Assembly: GCA_016292135.1 (NCBI GenBank)
Contig: JAEFAZ010000010.1
Coordinates: forward strand, 7,560 to 71,559
Length of the DNA stretch: 64,000 bases
Direction: 5' to 3'
DNA from: Saccharofermentans sp.
GTDB lineage: Bacteria; Bacillota; Clostridia; Saccharofermentanales; Saccharofermentanaceae
How positions within the stretch are numbered: the first letter of the stretch is position 1; every line of letters starts with the position of its first letter. This document shows, one piece after another, positions 44,675 to 53,363 of this stretch. The notes below the pieces were generated by a model. That model saw nothing but the letters and a program-made list of their open reading frames with translations, had not been told where the DNA came from and made no database searches. A program made the translations under genes and the position numbers.

Positions 44675-44689
44675 CTGCTTTGGGATAGA

Positions 44690-45883
44690 TCAGTTCAGGC
44701 CGCAGGCAGATCTGATCGCATCAGTCTTATCGCATCTCTCCCAGGGAAGATCGAGATCAGTCCTTCCGAAGTGTCCATAGCTTGCTATGTCGGAATAGAT
44801 CGGACGCTTAAGATCAAGATCACGGATGATGGCCGTGGGCCTTAAGTCAAAGACCTCCTTAACAGCCTTGGATATCACTTCATCGGGAACTATGCCTGTT
44901 CCGAAAGTATCAGCCATGACGGATACGGGCTGCGCAACGCCGATAGCGTAAGCAAGCTGTATCTCGCACTCCTTGGCAACTCCGGAAGCGACAACATTCT
45001 TGGCGATATATCTGGCAGCGTATGCTGCTGACCTGTCGACCTTCGTGGGATCCTTACCGGAGAAGGCTCCGCCGCCGTGACGGGCAAAACCGCCGTATGT
45101 GTCAACGATGATCTTACGTCCGGTGAGACCGGAATCACCCTGGGGACCGCCTACAACGAATCTTCCCGTAGGATTGACAAAGATCTTCGTTTCACTGTCT
45201 ATCATATTTACCGGGATAACAGGCTTGATGATCTGTTCGATAACGAAATCACGGAGCTCTTCCTGACCGATATCTTCACTGTGCTGAGTCGATACGACTA
45301 CTGCATCGATCCTGACAGCTTTGTCATCAACATATTCGACCGTAACCTGGCTCTTGCCGTCAGGTCTTAAGAAAGGCGCATTCCCGGACTTTCTAACGAT
45401 AGCCAGCCTCTTGGCGAGCTTCTGGGCCAGGGATATGGGAAGCGGCATAAGTTCCTCTGTATCGTCGTTGGCATAACCGAACATAAGCCCCTGGTCTCCG
45501 GCACCGTTGTCCTGAACATCTTTTTCATCCTGACGCGTCTCGAAAGACTGGTCAACACCCATGGCGATGTCAGGAGACTGTTCATCGATCGAGGTGATGA
45601 CCGCTACGGAATCACAATCAAATCCGGCTTCCTTGTCGTAACCGATCTCTTTGAGCCTGGTCCTGACGATAGAAGGGATATCAACATATGCTGAAGTGGT
45701 TATCTCTCCCATGACGAGCACCATGCCCGTCGTGCAGCAGGTCTCGCAGGCAACACGTGCGCTGCTGTCCTGTGTAAGGATCGCATCAAGGATAGAATCC
45801 GAAATCTGATCACAGACCTTATCGGGATGCCCCTCTGTTACCGATTCGGAAGTAAATAACCATTTTCCTTTTCTGTTCCTCAT
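44690..45883 (-). CDS. metK: S-adenosylmethionine synthetase
   Basis: [26 protein letters not shown]. Confidence 0.98.
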   Translation of the reverse strand: MRNRKGKWLFTSESVTEGHPDKVCDQISDSILDAILTQDSSARVACETCCTTGMVLVMGEITTSAYVDIPSIVRTRLKEIGYDKEAGFDCDSVAVITSIDEQSPDIAMGVDQSFETRQDEKDVQDNGAGDQGLMFGYANDDTEELMPLPISLAQKLAKRLAIVRKSGNAPFLRPDGKSQVTVEYVDDKAVRIDAVVVSTQHSEDIGQEELRDFVIEQIIKPVIPVNMIDSETKIFVNPTGRFVVGGPQGDSGLTGRKIIVDTYGGFARHGGGAFSGKDPTKVDRSAAYAARYIAKNVVASGVAKECEIQLAYAIGVAQPVSVMADTFGTGIVPDEVISKAVKEVFDLRPTAIIRDLDLKRPIYSDIASYGHFGRTDLDLPWERCDKTDAIRSACGLN

Positions 45884-45916
45884 ATCTGATCACCTCGAAA
45901 ACAAGTTTAACAACTA

Positions 45917-45945
45917 ATTTTATCTCAAAAACTTTTCAAATGTAA
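45917..45945 (-). promoter_or_regulatory. Putative sigma-A promoter of metK
   Basis: TTACAT, 17 bp, TAAAAT on the minus strand, about 35 nt from the start codon. Confidence 0.5.
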
Positions 45946-45960
45946 CCCATCGGACAAAAA

Positions 45961-46000
45961 CTGAGACTTTGTGAGATTTTGTGAGATTTTGTGAGATTTT
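45961..46000. repeat. Four tandem 10-bp direct repeats (ctgagacttt, then gtgagatttt x3)
   Basis: Read directly; intergenic between the divergent metK and tad genes. Confidence 0.97.
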
Positions 46001-46063
46001 CGGCCCTTTTGCCGATGTATGATTTAACCACATCAGAAAGGGTCAGACAAGGAGGAAAGGATT

Positions 46064-46945
46064 ATGGCATTCGGTATAAAGGTCTTCGAAAAAGATGAAT
46101 ATCTGTTTACCCTGTTGAGACAGCGTCTGGGATACTATTTCCCCGAAGCGTATATCATGAGATTCACCCGGGCGGATGCCGTGTCTTCATCCGAAAACGA
46201 ATCCGAGAGATTCTGCGAATTCGAAAAGACCCTTTATGACCAGAGACAGTTTAAGATCGAAGATACGGGAGATCCTGAAGCCATATGCTTATTCGACGGC
46301 AAAGGGATCATCGACTGCCAGAGCCTGTCACGCGCTCTTGGGATCGCCTCCAAGGTAACTCCGGTCAACATGACGGATAAACCCGGGGCAAAGATAACAG
46401 TAATACTCTCTTTCGTATACCGTGAAGAAAGAGAAAAGATCATAAGTACTCTTAAAGATCCTTTTGAATACGATGTTCCCCTGAGGCTTGATTTCACGGG
46501 AGGTTACGGGATAGGCAGCAAGGAATCGGAGAATATGAACGAGTTGCTCAGAAGATCAAGGAGCCGAAAGTTCAGCGGCAGCGACATCCTTTCCTACGTT
46601 CACAGAGACTCTTCGGGCTTTCTGACTCCGGGAGGAACGGCAGATCCCGACATCTGTCATGAGATAGGCCCCGCCGGTGTTATAAAGATCCTGTCTGCAG
46701 CATCTGATCTTGCATCCGAAGATTCCATGTCTCTTTCTGTCCTTGCCGTCCTGGATTCCTTCAGTTCCAAGGACCTGATAAGGATCGCAGAGACCGCAGA
46801 CCGCGTGATCGTACTCGTCCACAGCCTGTCGCCGGGACTCAGTGATTTCATCACAAACCTCAACAGAGCCCTTCCCCGCGATGTCAGCGCCGAGATAATC
46901 CAGACTAAAGAAAGGACGGCCGCATATGACGAGAACGCAGTATAG
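46064..46945 (+). CDS. Hypothetical protein, probably a degenerate CpaE/TadZ (ParA/MinD-like)
   Basis: Occupies the first-gene position of a tad operon; receiver-like N-terminus; no Walker A. Confidence 0.55.
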   Translation: MAFGIKVFEKDEYLFTLLRQRLGYYFPEAYIMRFTRADAVSSSENESERFCEFEKTLYDQRQFKIEDTGDPEAICLFDGKGIIDCQSLSRALGIASKVTPVNMTDKPGAKITVILSFVYREEREKIISTLKDPFEYDVPLRLDFTGGYGIGSKESENMNELLRRSRSRKFSGSDILSYVHRDSSGFLTPGGTADPDICHEIGPAGVIKILSAASDLASEDSMSLSVLAVLDSFSSKDLIRIAETADRVIVLVHSLSPGLSDFITNLNRALPRDVSAEIIQTKERTAAYDENAV

Positions 46946-48131
46946 TCCCGACGACATAAAGGAACAGATGACCTACTATGTCCTCAATGCTATCAAGACA
47001 GGCGCCGATCCCACTGACGATGAACTTAAGGAGATAATCGCCAATGTGATATCCGACCGGGCAAAGGACCTTAAGATGACTCTGAGTGAGAGGCGTGTTC
47101 TTGCCGGAACGGTCTTCAACTCTTTAAGGCGTCTGGATGCTATAGAACCTCTGATGGAAGATCCATCGGTTACCGAGATAATGGTAAACGGACCTGACAA
47201 GGTCTTTTTCGAAAGGGACGGCAAGCTTTACAGGTCTGCTCTCAGTTTTCGCGACAGCAAACACCTTACGACTGTCATTTCGGCCTTTTTCGCGAACCGT
47301 AACAGGCCGCTTAACGAAGCCAACCCTATCGCGGACTTAAGGCTACCTGACGGTTCCAGAGCAAATGCCGTCCTCCCTCCCGTGGCACCTGACGGACCGA
47401 TCGTAACCATAAGAAAGTTCACGGGCATCTCCCACGATATCGCATCCCTGATCAGGAACGGTTTCATCAGCGAGGAATGCGCGCGCTTTCTGTCCGAATG
47501 CGTAAAGAACAAAAAGACCGTTTTCCTCTGCGGCGGTACCGGTTCGGGAAAGACAACTTTTCTCAACTGCCTTTCGGACTTCATACCGCCGAACGAAAGA
47601 GTCGTGACGATAGAGGATTCGGCTGAACTCAATCTCAAGGGTATCGACAACCTTGTAAGGATGGAAAGCAGGCTCCCCGGTCCAGACGGTTCCGGGGAAG
47701 TCAATATCAGGATGATGATAAGAGCTGCTTTGAGGATGCGTCCCGACCGCATCATAGTCGGTGAAGTCAGGGGTGCAGAAAGCGCCGACATGATCCACGC
47801 GCTCAACACCGGCCACCCGGGTTCAATGTGCACGGGCCATGCTAATTCCTGCAGGGAGATGCTCGACCGTCTGACCGCCATGGTCATGTCCGGTTCAAAT
47901 CTTCCTTACGAAGCCATAGTCTCACAGATCTCGATGGGCGTTGACATCATACTTCACATAACAAGATCCCGTGACGGGAAAAGATATATTGACGAAGTCT
48001 GTCAGGTACAAAGATCATCCGGACAGAATTTCAACACAAAGATCCTTTTTGCAACGGATAAAGGAGGTGGTCAGCTTGAAAGGATCGCCGCTGTCGAAGA
48101 TCTTGAAGCATGCCAAAGGTATTCATATTGA
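46926..48131 (+). CDS. cpaF: Tad pilus assembly ATPase CpaF/TadA
   Basis: EIMVNG, DGSRANAVLPP, GGTGSGKTT, TIEDSAEL, ALRMRPDRIIVGEVRG, TGHANS. Confidence 0.95.
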   Translation: MTRTQYSPDDIKEQMTYYVLNAIKTGADPTDDELKEIIANVISDRAKDLKMTLSERRVLAGTVFNSLRRLDAIEPLMEDPSVTEIMVNGPDKVFFERDGKLYRSALSFRDSKHLTTVISAFFANRNRPLNEANPIADLRLPDGSRANAVLPPVAPDGPIVTIRKFTGISHDIASLIRNGFISEECARFLSECVKNKKTVFLCGGTGSGKTTFLNCLSDFIPPNERVVTIEDSAELNLKGIDNLVRMESRLPGPDGSGEVNIRMMIRAALRMRPDRIIVGEVRGAESADMIHALNTGHPGSMCTGHANSCREMLDRLTAMVMSGSNLPYEAIVSQISMGVDIILHITRSRDGKRYIDEVCQVQRSSGQNFNTKILFATDKGGGQLERIAAVEDLEACQRYSY

Positions 48132-49626
48132 AACGGATGAGAGACATAAAGCCCTGCTGAGATATATCTGGCTCTATCCCTTCTTTGCCGCAGCAGTCTT
48201 CTTTCTCTCATCCATGTTCATGGATTCGGTAAAGATAAGGCTCCTGTCTGCCATTGTGCTGGGCTTCTTCCCCTGGAAAGAGACTATATACCGGATCTTT
48301 TACTCCTCCTATGAACAGATGCGGACCCAGCTCCTCGTATTGCTGCAGGTCTTATGCACGGGCGTCAGTTCGGGTTATTCGATCGAAAAGTCGCTTACGC
48401 TCGTAAGGCCTGTGATAGAGCATACTTTCGGAAAGAGGAGTCCTCTGGTCAAGCCTCTTGTAAGGATGGAAAACAAGCTCAAGATGCATATGGATCCTGA
48501 AAGGGTATTGAGCGAATTTGCAGATAACCTGAGATTCCCCGAGACGATCCCGGTCTTCCATGCACTGTCGATCTCGGGAAAGATCGGGAGCAGCACTCTT
48601 GCGATCCTCAGATCATCCTGTCAGATGTTATCCGAGATGAACGCCGTACATAATGACATAAACGCCGAGAACGCAGGAAAGAACGCGGAAGCCTGTATGC
48701 TCTGTATAATGCCGTTTGCGATCACTTTCGCTCTCAATCAGATGAGCAGCAATTATCTTGCCCAGGCAAGATCTTCTAACGCAGGCAGGCTCATGATGAC
48801 TTTAGCTTTCGTGCTCTGCATCATCGCTTCAGCCCTTCTCTTCCGCTTCATGACGCATTCACAAAACTCTCAAAGGAAAGAGGGCGCGGACAGTGACAGG
48901 GGATTTACAAGAAAGACTCCTCTTGCTGATCTCATGACTTCCATACTCCCCTCTTCCCTGACTGCAAAACGCCATACCATGTTCAGCGAATTGTCAGTCA
49001 ACCCGAAGATCAAATATGAACAGTATCTCAGGAAACAGATCATCACCACCATGTTTACGGGCACACTGGTATTTACGATAACAGGAGCCTTAGGCAAGCC
49101 CTGCATCTTAGCGCTCCCCGCAATGGCATTGATGTATTTCCTGAACATTACCGATGTCAGATCCAAGGTCAACAGGAAACATGAAGACCTTATGCGTGAC
49201 ATACCGCTCTTCCTCTGCCTGATGTCGACCCTGCTCGAAGCCGGACTTCAGCTGCCGAAAGCGATCGAGATCTGCTCCAAAGCCTTCGATGAACAGGGGA
49301 GCCTTTCTTACGAGATAAAAGCCATGAGGGCCGGGATATTGAGCGGTCTTTCCGCGTCGGAAGCAGTCGAGAACTTTTCGATCAGGACACAGATACCGGA
49401 AGCTCAGGCAGCTTTGCTCCTTGTCGCAAGATACGGCAGGCTCGGGACCGCGGAAGTCCTTAACCTCTTATCTCTTCAGGCTTCCGCATGCTGGAATCTC
49501 TGCCGTAACGCGGCAAGGAAAAAACAGGAACGCGAATCGCTCGGCATGCTCCTTCCGATGACATTGGACTTTATATGCGTACTTATAGTCGCGATAACAC
49601 CTGCGATCATCTCCATGGCCATATGA
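48076..49626 (+). CDS. Fused TadB-TadC inner-membrane platform protein (two T2SSF-like domains)
   Basis: TTG start at 48076 after AAGGAGG; TadB-like SSGYSIEKSL...MPF half and TadC-like LLEAGLQLPKA...LLPM half in one frame. Confidence 0.8.
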   Translation: MKGSPLSKILKHAKGIHIETDERHKALLRYIWLYPFFAAAVFFLSSMFMDSVKIRLLSAIVLGFFPWKETIYRIFYSSYEQMRTQLLVLLQVLCTGVSSGYSIEKSLTLVRPVIEHTFGKRSPLVKPLVRMENKLKMHMDPERVLSEFADNLRFPETIPVFHALSISGKIGSSTLAILRSSCQMLSEMNAVHNDINAENAGKNAEACMLCIMPFAITFALNQMSSNYLAQARSSNAGRLMMTLAFVLCIIASALLFRFMTHSQNSQRKEGADSDRGFTRKTPLADLMTSILPSSLTAKRHTMFSELSVNPKIKYEQYLRKQIITTMFTGTLVFTITGALGKPCILALPAMALMYFLNITDVRSKVNRKHEDLMRDIPLFLCLMSTLLEAGLQLPKAIEICSKAFDEQGSLSYEIKAMRAGILSGLSASEAVENFSIRTQIPEAQAALLLVARYGRLGTAEVLNLLSLQASACWNLCRNAARKKQERESLGMLLPMTLDFICVLIVAITPAIISMAI

Positions 49627-49651
49627 TCAATGAGGAAAGGAGGTAAAGGCT

Positions 49652-49825
49652 ATGACAAGGATCGGCAAACATAACAAAAAAGGGATGGGCACCGTTGAAG
49701 TGGTCATCATCATCGCAGTACTGGTTGCTTTAGCTCTCATATTCAGAGAAAGCCTCACCAGTTATGCAGGCAAAGTGATCAAATACTGCTTCAACGAAGA
49801 CAAGGTCATGTCAGCCTTGGGCTGA
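49652..49825 (+). CDS. flp: Flp1-family type IVb pilin, 57 aa (not in the ORF track)
   Basis: MTRIGKHNKKG|MGTVEVVIIIAVLVALALIFR...: basic leader, Gly at -1, Glu at +5, hydrophobic helix; AGGAGG RBS. Confidence 0.9.
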   Translation: MTRIGKHNKKGMGTVEVVIIIAVLVALALIFRESLTSYAGKVIKYCFNEDKVMSALG

Positions 49826-49849
49826 CATATTCAGAGATGAGGTGTTTTT

Positions 49850-51115
49850 ATGATCAACAGAAAAGGTCCTTTCGGTTGCTTTGCGACAGAGACGGTATCC
49901 GAGGATGTCTCTGTCAGCGAATATGCCATGGCAGTGATCGAAAGCAACAGCTCGGGTTGTTTTCTCCCGTGTCTTATAAACCGGTACGGCGCGATCAGGG
50001 AATTCTCTTTTGATTATTCCGGCCTTATACCGATCAGTGATTTCGACTGTACCGGGAAAACAGACAAAAGGTTCCCGAATATTCCTTCACACGGAAGAAA
50101 ACTTGAGCAAAGGCGGAAGGCGATCGGAACTTTTCTTATCCAGATACCGCTGATAATGAACAGGCTCCTCCCTCCGGAAGGAGTTGTCTTATCTCCTTTA
50201 AACATCTATACGGATAAGGACGGCTGCATCATAAGATGCTGCTACAGACCTTTGGAATACAGGAAGTCCTCATTGAGGCTTTCTGCGATCGATATCAATG
50301 ACATGGAACATCTCATCAGCACCGATTTCATTTCAGATGCCTTGACAGAGGATGAGAAACAGTCTTTGCTTCACGCTGTCTCAACGGGTGACGAGGATAT
50401 GTATTGCAGCTGCTGCCGGAACATCCGGTCCTCTGCCGGCAGATACTCAAAGAAAGAACAGGTCAATGGACGAAGCGGTCTTAAGGATGCCTTGAGCATC
50501 CGGCAGGACCTTATAATTCCGGTACTTACTGTGATATGCGCTGTCTATTCCTTAATTTCGGTCGGCCGCAAAGCCGCATTCCTTTTCGCAGGAGCCGGTC
50601 TTATACTGACAGCTCTTGTCGTCATCAAGGACAGGAAAGATCAAGGATCGAAAACAGCATCCGCGCAAGACCAGGGGCAATTAAGACGCAGGATACTGTT
50701 CTCTGACGAAAGATCCGGAATGTTTTACGATGAAGGAACAGACAAAGATAAAAAAACCGTAGATGATCCTTACGACATCCACTATGCTTCGCTCCGTTCG
50801 ATAACGGAAAGCACAGAGGATGAGCCGAAGCAGTTTTCGATCTACACGGATAAGGTTACGGTAGGATCTGACCGCTTTCTTTCAGACATAGTGATCGAGG
50901 ACGGATCAGTAGATTCCCAGCATGCAACGATAACATACGATAACGGCAGATACTATCTGACTGACCTGAGCGTTTCAAACACGACATATATAGACGATAA
51001 AGTCCTTTATTCAGGCAAACGATATGAGATAAAGAACGGTCAGAAACTGACTTTCGGAGATCAGGATTACAGATTTCTCATCTCTTTTTATCAGGACCGG
51101 AACAGCGTCAGCTGA
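49850..51115 (+). CDS. Tad-associated protein: DUF6382-like N-terminus, TM hairpin, C-terminal FHA domain
   Basis: FHA fold pattern (VG..., H-A-x-I, YYLTDLS, N-x-T); position at the end of a clostridial tad locus. Confidence 0.72.
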   Translation: MINRKGPFGCFATETVSEDVSVSEYAMAVIESNSSGCFLPCLINRYGAIREFSFDYSGLIPISDFDCTGKTDKRFPNIPSHGRKLEQRRKAIGTFLIQIPLIMNRLLPPEGVVLSPLNIYTDKDGCIIRCCYRPLEYRKSSLRLSAIDINDMEHLISTDFISDALTEDEKQSLLHAVSTGDEDMYCSCCRNIRSSAGRYSKKEQVNGRSGLKDALSIRQDLIIPVLTVICAVYSLISVGRKAAFLFAGAGLILTALVVIKDRKDQGSKTASAQDQGQLRRRILFSDERSGMFYDEGTDKDKKTVDDPYDIHYASLRSITESTEDEPKQFSIYTDKVTVGSDRFLSDIVIEDGSVDSQHATITYDNGRYYLTDLSVSNTTYIDDKVLYSGKRYEIKNGQKLTFGDQDYRFLISFYQDRNSVS

Positions 51116-51135
51116 ACCATAACGTACAAACCGAC

Positions 51136-51174
51136 AAAAAAGGGACCGGTTTCATCTTGAAATGAAGCCGGTCC
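51136..51174. terminator. Terminator between the convergent tad and rmlA genes (possibly bidirectional)
   Basis: 13-bp stem GGACCGGTTTCAT/ATGAAGCCGGTCC with a T-tract on the minus side. Confidence 0.8.
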
Positions 51175-51198
51175 TGTATCTTATCTTGAGGTCAGGGA

Positions 51199-52068
51199 TC
51201 AGAGATCGTCGACAAGCGTGCTGAGATAGTGTCCGTAGTTAGTCTTGGACATTTCCTCTGCCATGACTGTAAGATCATCCAGGGTGATCCACTGGTTGCG
51301 GAGAGCTATCTCCTCAAGACAGCCGATCATCTTACCGGATCTTTGAGCAGACTTTATCTGACCCGCAGCCTCGTAGAGGCTGTCAGCCGTACCTGCATCA
51401 AACCAGGAGAATTCGGATTCCAGAGGGATGACTCTCAATGCGCCCTGGGCAAGATAAGCATTGTTGACTGATGTTATCTCCAACTCACCTCTCGCCGAAG
51501 GCTTCACATTCTTGGCTATGGATACGACCTGATTATCGTAGAAATAAAGTCCCGGAACGATATAATTGGACTTCGGTTTGGCAGGTTTCTCTTCTATGCT
51601 TACGGCCTTTCCGTCAGAAGAAAATTCAACTACGCCGAAAGGTCTGGGATCGGCAACATAATATCCGAAGATCGAAGCACCGTCACGGCACTGTTCTACA
51701 GCCTGTCTCAGTTTCTTTCTGAAACCGGGCCCATAGAAGATGTTGTCACCCAGAGCAAGACAGCAATTATCCTCTCCAATGAATTCCTCTGCAAGGATAA
51801 AAGCATCGGCGATGCCTCTTTGAACAGGCTGCTCTTTGTAGCATATGTTTATACCGAGCTTTTTACCGTCGGAAAGAAGGTTTTCAAAGGGCTTGGTATC
51901 TCCCGGAGGAGTTATGATCATGATGTCCTTTATGCCCGCGTTCATAAGAACCGACAAGGGATAATAGATCAGTGGTTTGTCGTAGACCGGCAGGAGCGGT
52001 TTACAGATCGGAAGAGTGATAGGATACAGCCTGGTCCCCTTCCCTGCTGCAAGAATGATACCTTTCAT
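51199..52068 (-). CDS. rmlA: Glucose-1-phosphate thymidylyltransferase
   Basis: LAAGKGTRLYP, YDKPLIYYPL, LGDNIFYG, PSARGELEITSVN, WFDAGT. Confidence 0.93.
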   Translation of the reverse strand: MKGIILAAGKGTRLYPITLPICKPLLPVYDKPLIYYPLSVLMNAGIKDIMIITPPGDTKPFENLLSDGKKLGINICYKEQPVQRGIADAFILAEEFIGEDNCCLALGDNIFYGPGFRKKLRQAVEQCRDGASIFGYYVADPRPFGVVEFSSDGKAVSIEEKPAKPKSNYIVPGLYFYDNQVVSIAKNVKPSARGELEITSVNNAYLAQGALRVIPLESEFSWFDAGTADSLYEAAGQIKSAQRSGKMIGCLEEIALRNQWITLDDLTVMAEEMSKTNYGHYLSTLVDDL

Positions 52069-52202
52069 GTAATACCTCTCATTTTCAAAAATGATCTTGT
52101 GTTTATTCTACCAAATAAATAAGATATCCTCCACTCCCTGTCCATCAGGACCGGAGCGGAGGATCTGTTAAGACCGTGCGCTTACCTTACGGTTCTTTCT
52201 TT

Positions 52203-53267
52203 TTATTTTTTGCTTTCGCTTTCATCAGCTTTAGCTTCTGCTTTTTCTTCTGCAGGTGCTTCCTTGGCTGCTTCTGCGGCTGCTCTTCCGGCCCTGCGCT
52301 TCTTACGTCCTCTCTTGATGCAGACGAGGACGATGATGCCTGCGATAACGAGGATTACTGTCAGAGGCAGGAGCATGATGAAGAGGATCACTGCGCCCTT
52401 GCCGAATTCAACGACATTTTCGAACATCTCGGCAAATGCATCCTTTACGTCATCCAGGAAAGTTCTCTTCTTGTTAGGCTCCTGGAGCTCTTCTTCTACG
52501 ACCTCGCTGAGCGTTAAGTTCAGGGTGGCATAAGTTACTTTGTTATCGATCGTCTTGAGCTGTGTCTCATAGGATTCTATCTCGTAACGGATCTCGGAAA
52601 GACGGTTCTGCAGGATTATTATGTTATCCAGAGAATCTGCTTTGCCAAGAAGATCCATCAGGGTCTGCTGTTCAACCTTAAGTGACTTGACCCTGGCTTC
52701 CATATCAACATACTGAAGTGTCCTGTCTTCAGAGTTTTCAGATGAGCTGAGAACTGTTACGGAACCGTTTACAGAATTTATAAGGTCATCAAGTTTCTCC
52801 TGGGGAACCCTTACGATAAACGTTCCTCTCCTGAAACTCTTATTCTTGCCTGTACCGGAAATATTGGAGTTTTCAAAATATCCTCCGAGCTCGTTGACCT
52901 TAGCCTTGAAAGTTGAGATGATCTCATCGAACTTCTCTGTCTGGGCGGTTATCGTGCAGGTCCTGATGAGCTTACGCTCCGTGACTGTATCGGCCTGTGC
53001 GGAAGAAGCGCTGTTCCCGCTCATGGCAGGACTTCTGTTCTCATCAGCGTTTGTCTCCATAGGGTAATCCCCGGATTCTTCATAACCCGCAAAGCCGTCG
53101 GCAAGATCCACTTTGTTGCTGAAAGATGCAGACTGAGCTCCTGCGTTATGCCCTTCGACACTCTTGGAAGCACTCTTGGCTGCTGAACAAGCTGCAAATG
53201 ATGATGTTAACATCACCAGTGAGAGTATGAGCACTGCTCTCTTAAACCATCTCTTTTTGTTCTTCAT
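52203..53267 (-). CDS. DUF4349-family lipoprotein with C-terminal TM helix
   Basis: Lipobox FAAC; RKLIRT, EDRTLQYVD.EAR, YATLNLTLSE. Confidence 0.8.
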   Translation of the reverse strand: MKNKKRWFKRAVLILSLVMLTSSFAACSAAKSASKSVEGHNAGAQSASFSNKVDLADGFAGYEESGDYPMETNADENRSPAMSGNSASSAQADTVTERKLIRTCTITAQTEKFDEIISTFKAKVNELGGYFENSNISGTGKNKSFRRGTFIVRVPQEKLDDLINSVNGSVTVLSSSENSEDRTLQYVDMEARVKSLKVEQQTLMDLLGKADSLDNIIILQNRLSEIRYEIESYETQLKTIDNKVTYATLNLTLSEVVEEELQEPNKKRTFLDDVKDAFAEMFENVVEFGKGAVILFIMLLPLTVILVIAGIIVLVCIKRGRKKRRAGRAAAEAAKEAPAEEKAEAKADESESKK

Positions 53268-53363
53268 ATCCTTTCCCTCCTTATGGGGTCGATCTTTTGT
53301 TTGTTACCTGTTATACAACCGAAGATACAAAAAAGTTGCAATGATATCAAAAAATACGAACGA

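Noticed and set aside
45961-46000. 10-bp repeats as a CRISPR or iteron array
   Set aside because: No spacers, too short, no cas or rep gene
46011-46018. GCCGATGT as a sigma-28 -10 element
   Set aside because: No TAAA -35 at the expected spacing
47971-48075. N-terminal 35 aa of the track ORF 47971..49626
   Set aside because: Deep overlap with cpaF; the TTG at 48076 follows a strong AAGGAGG
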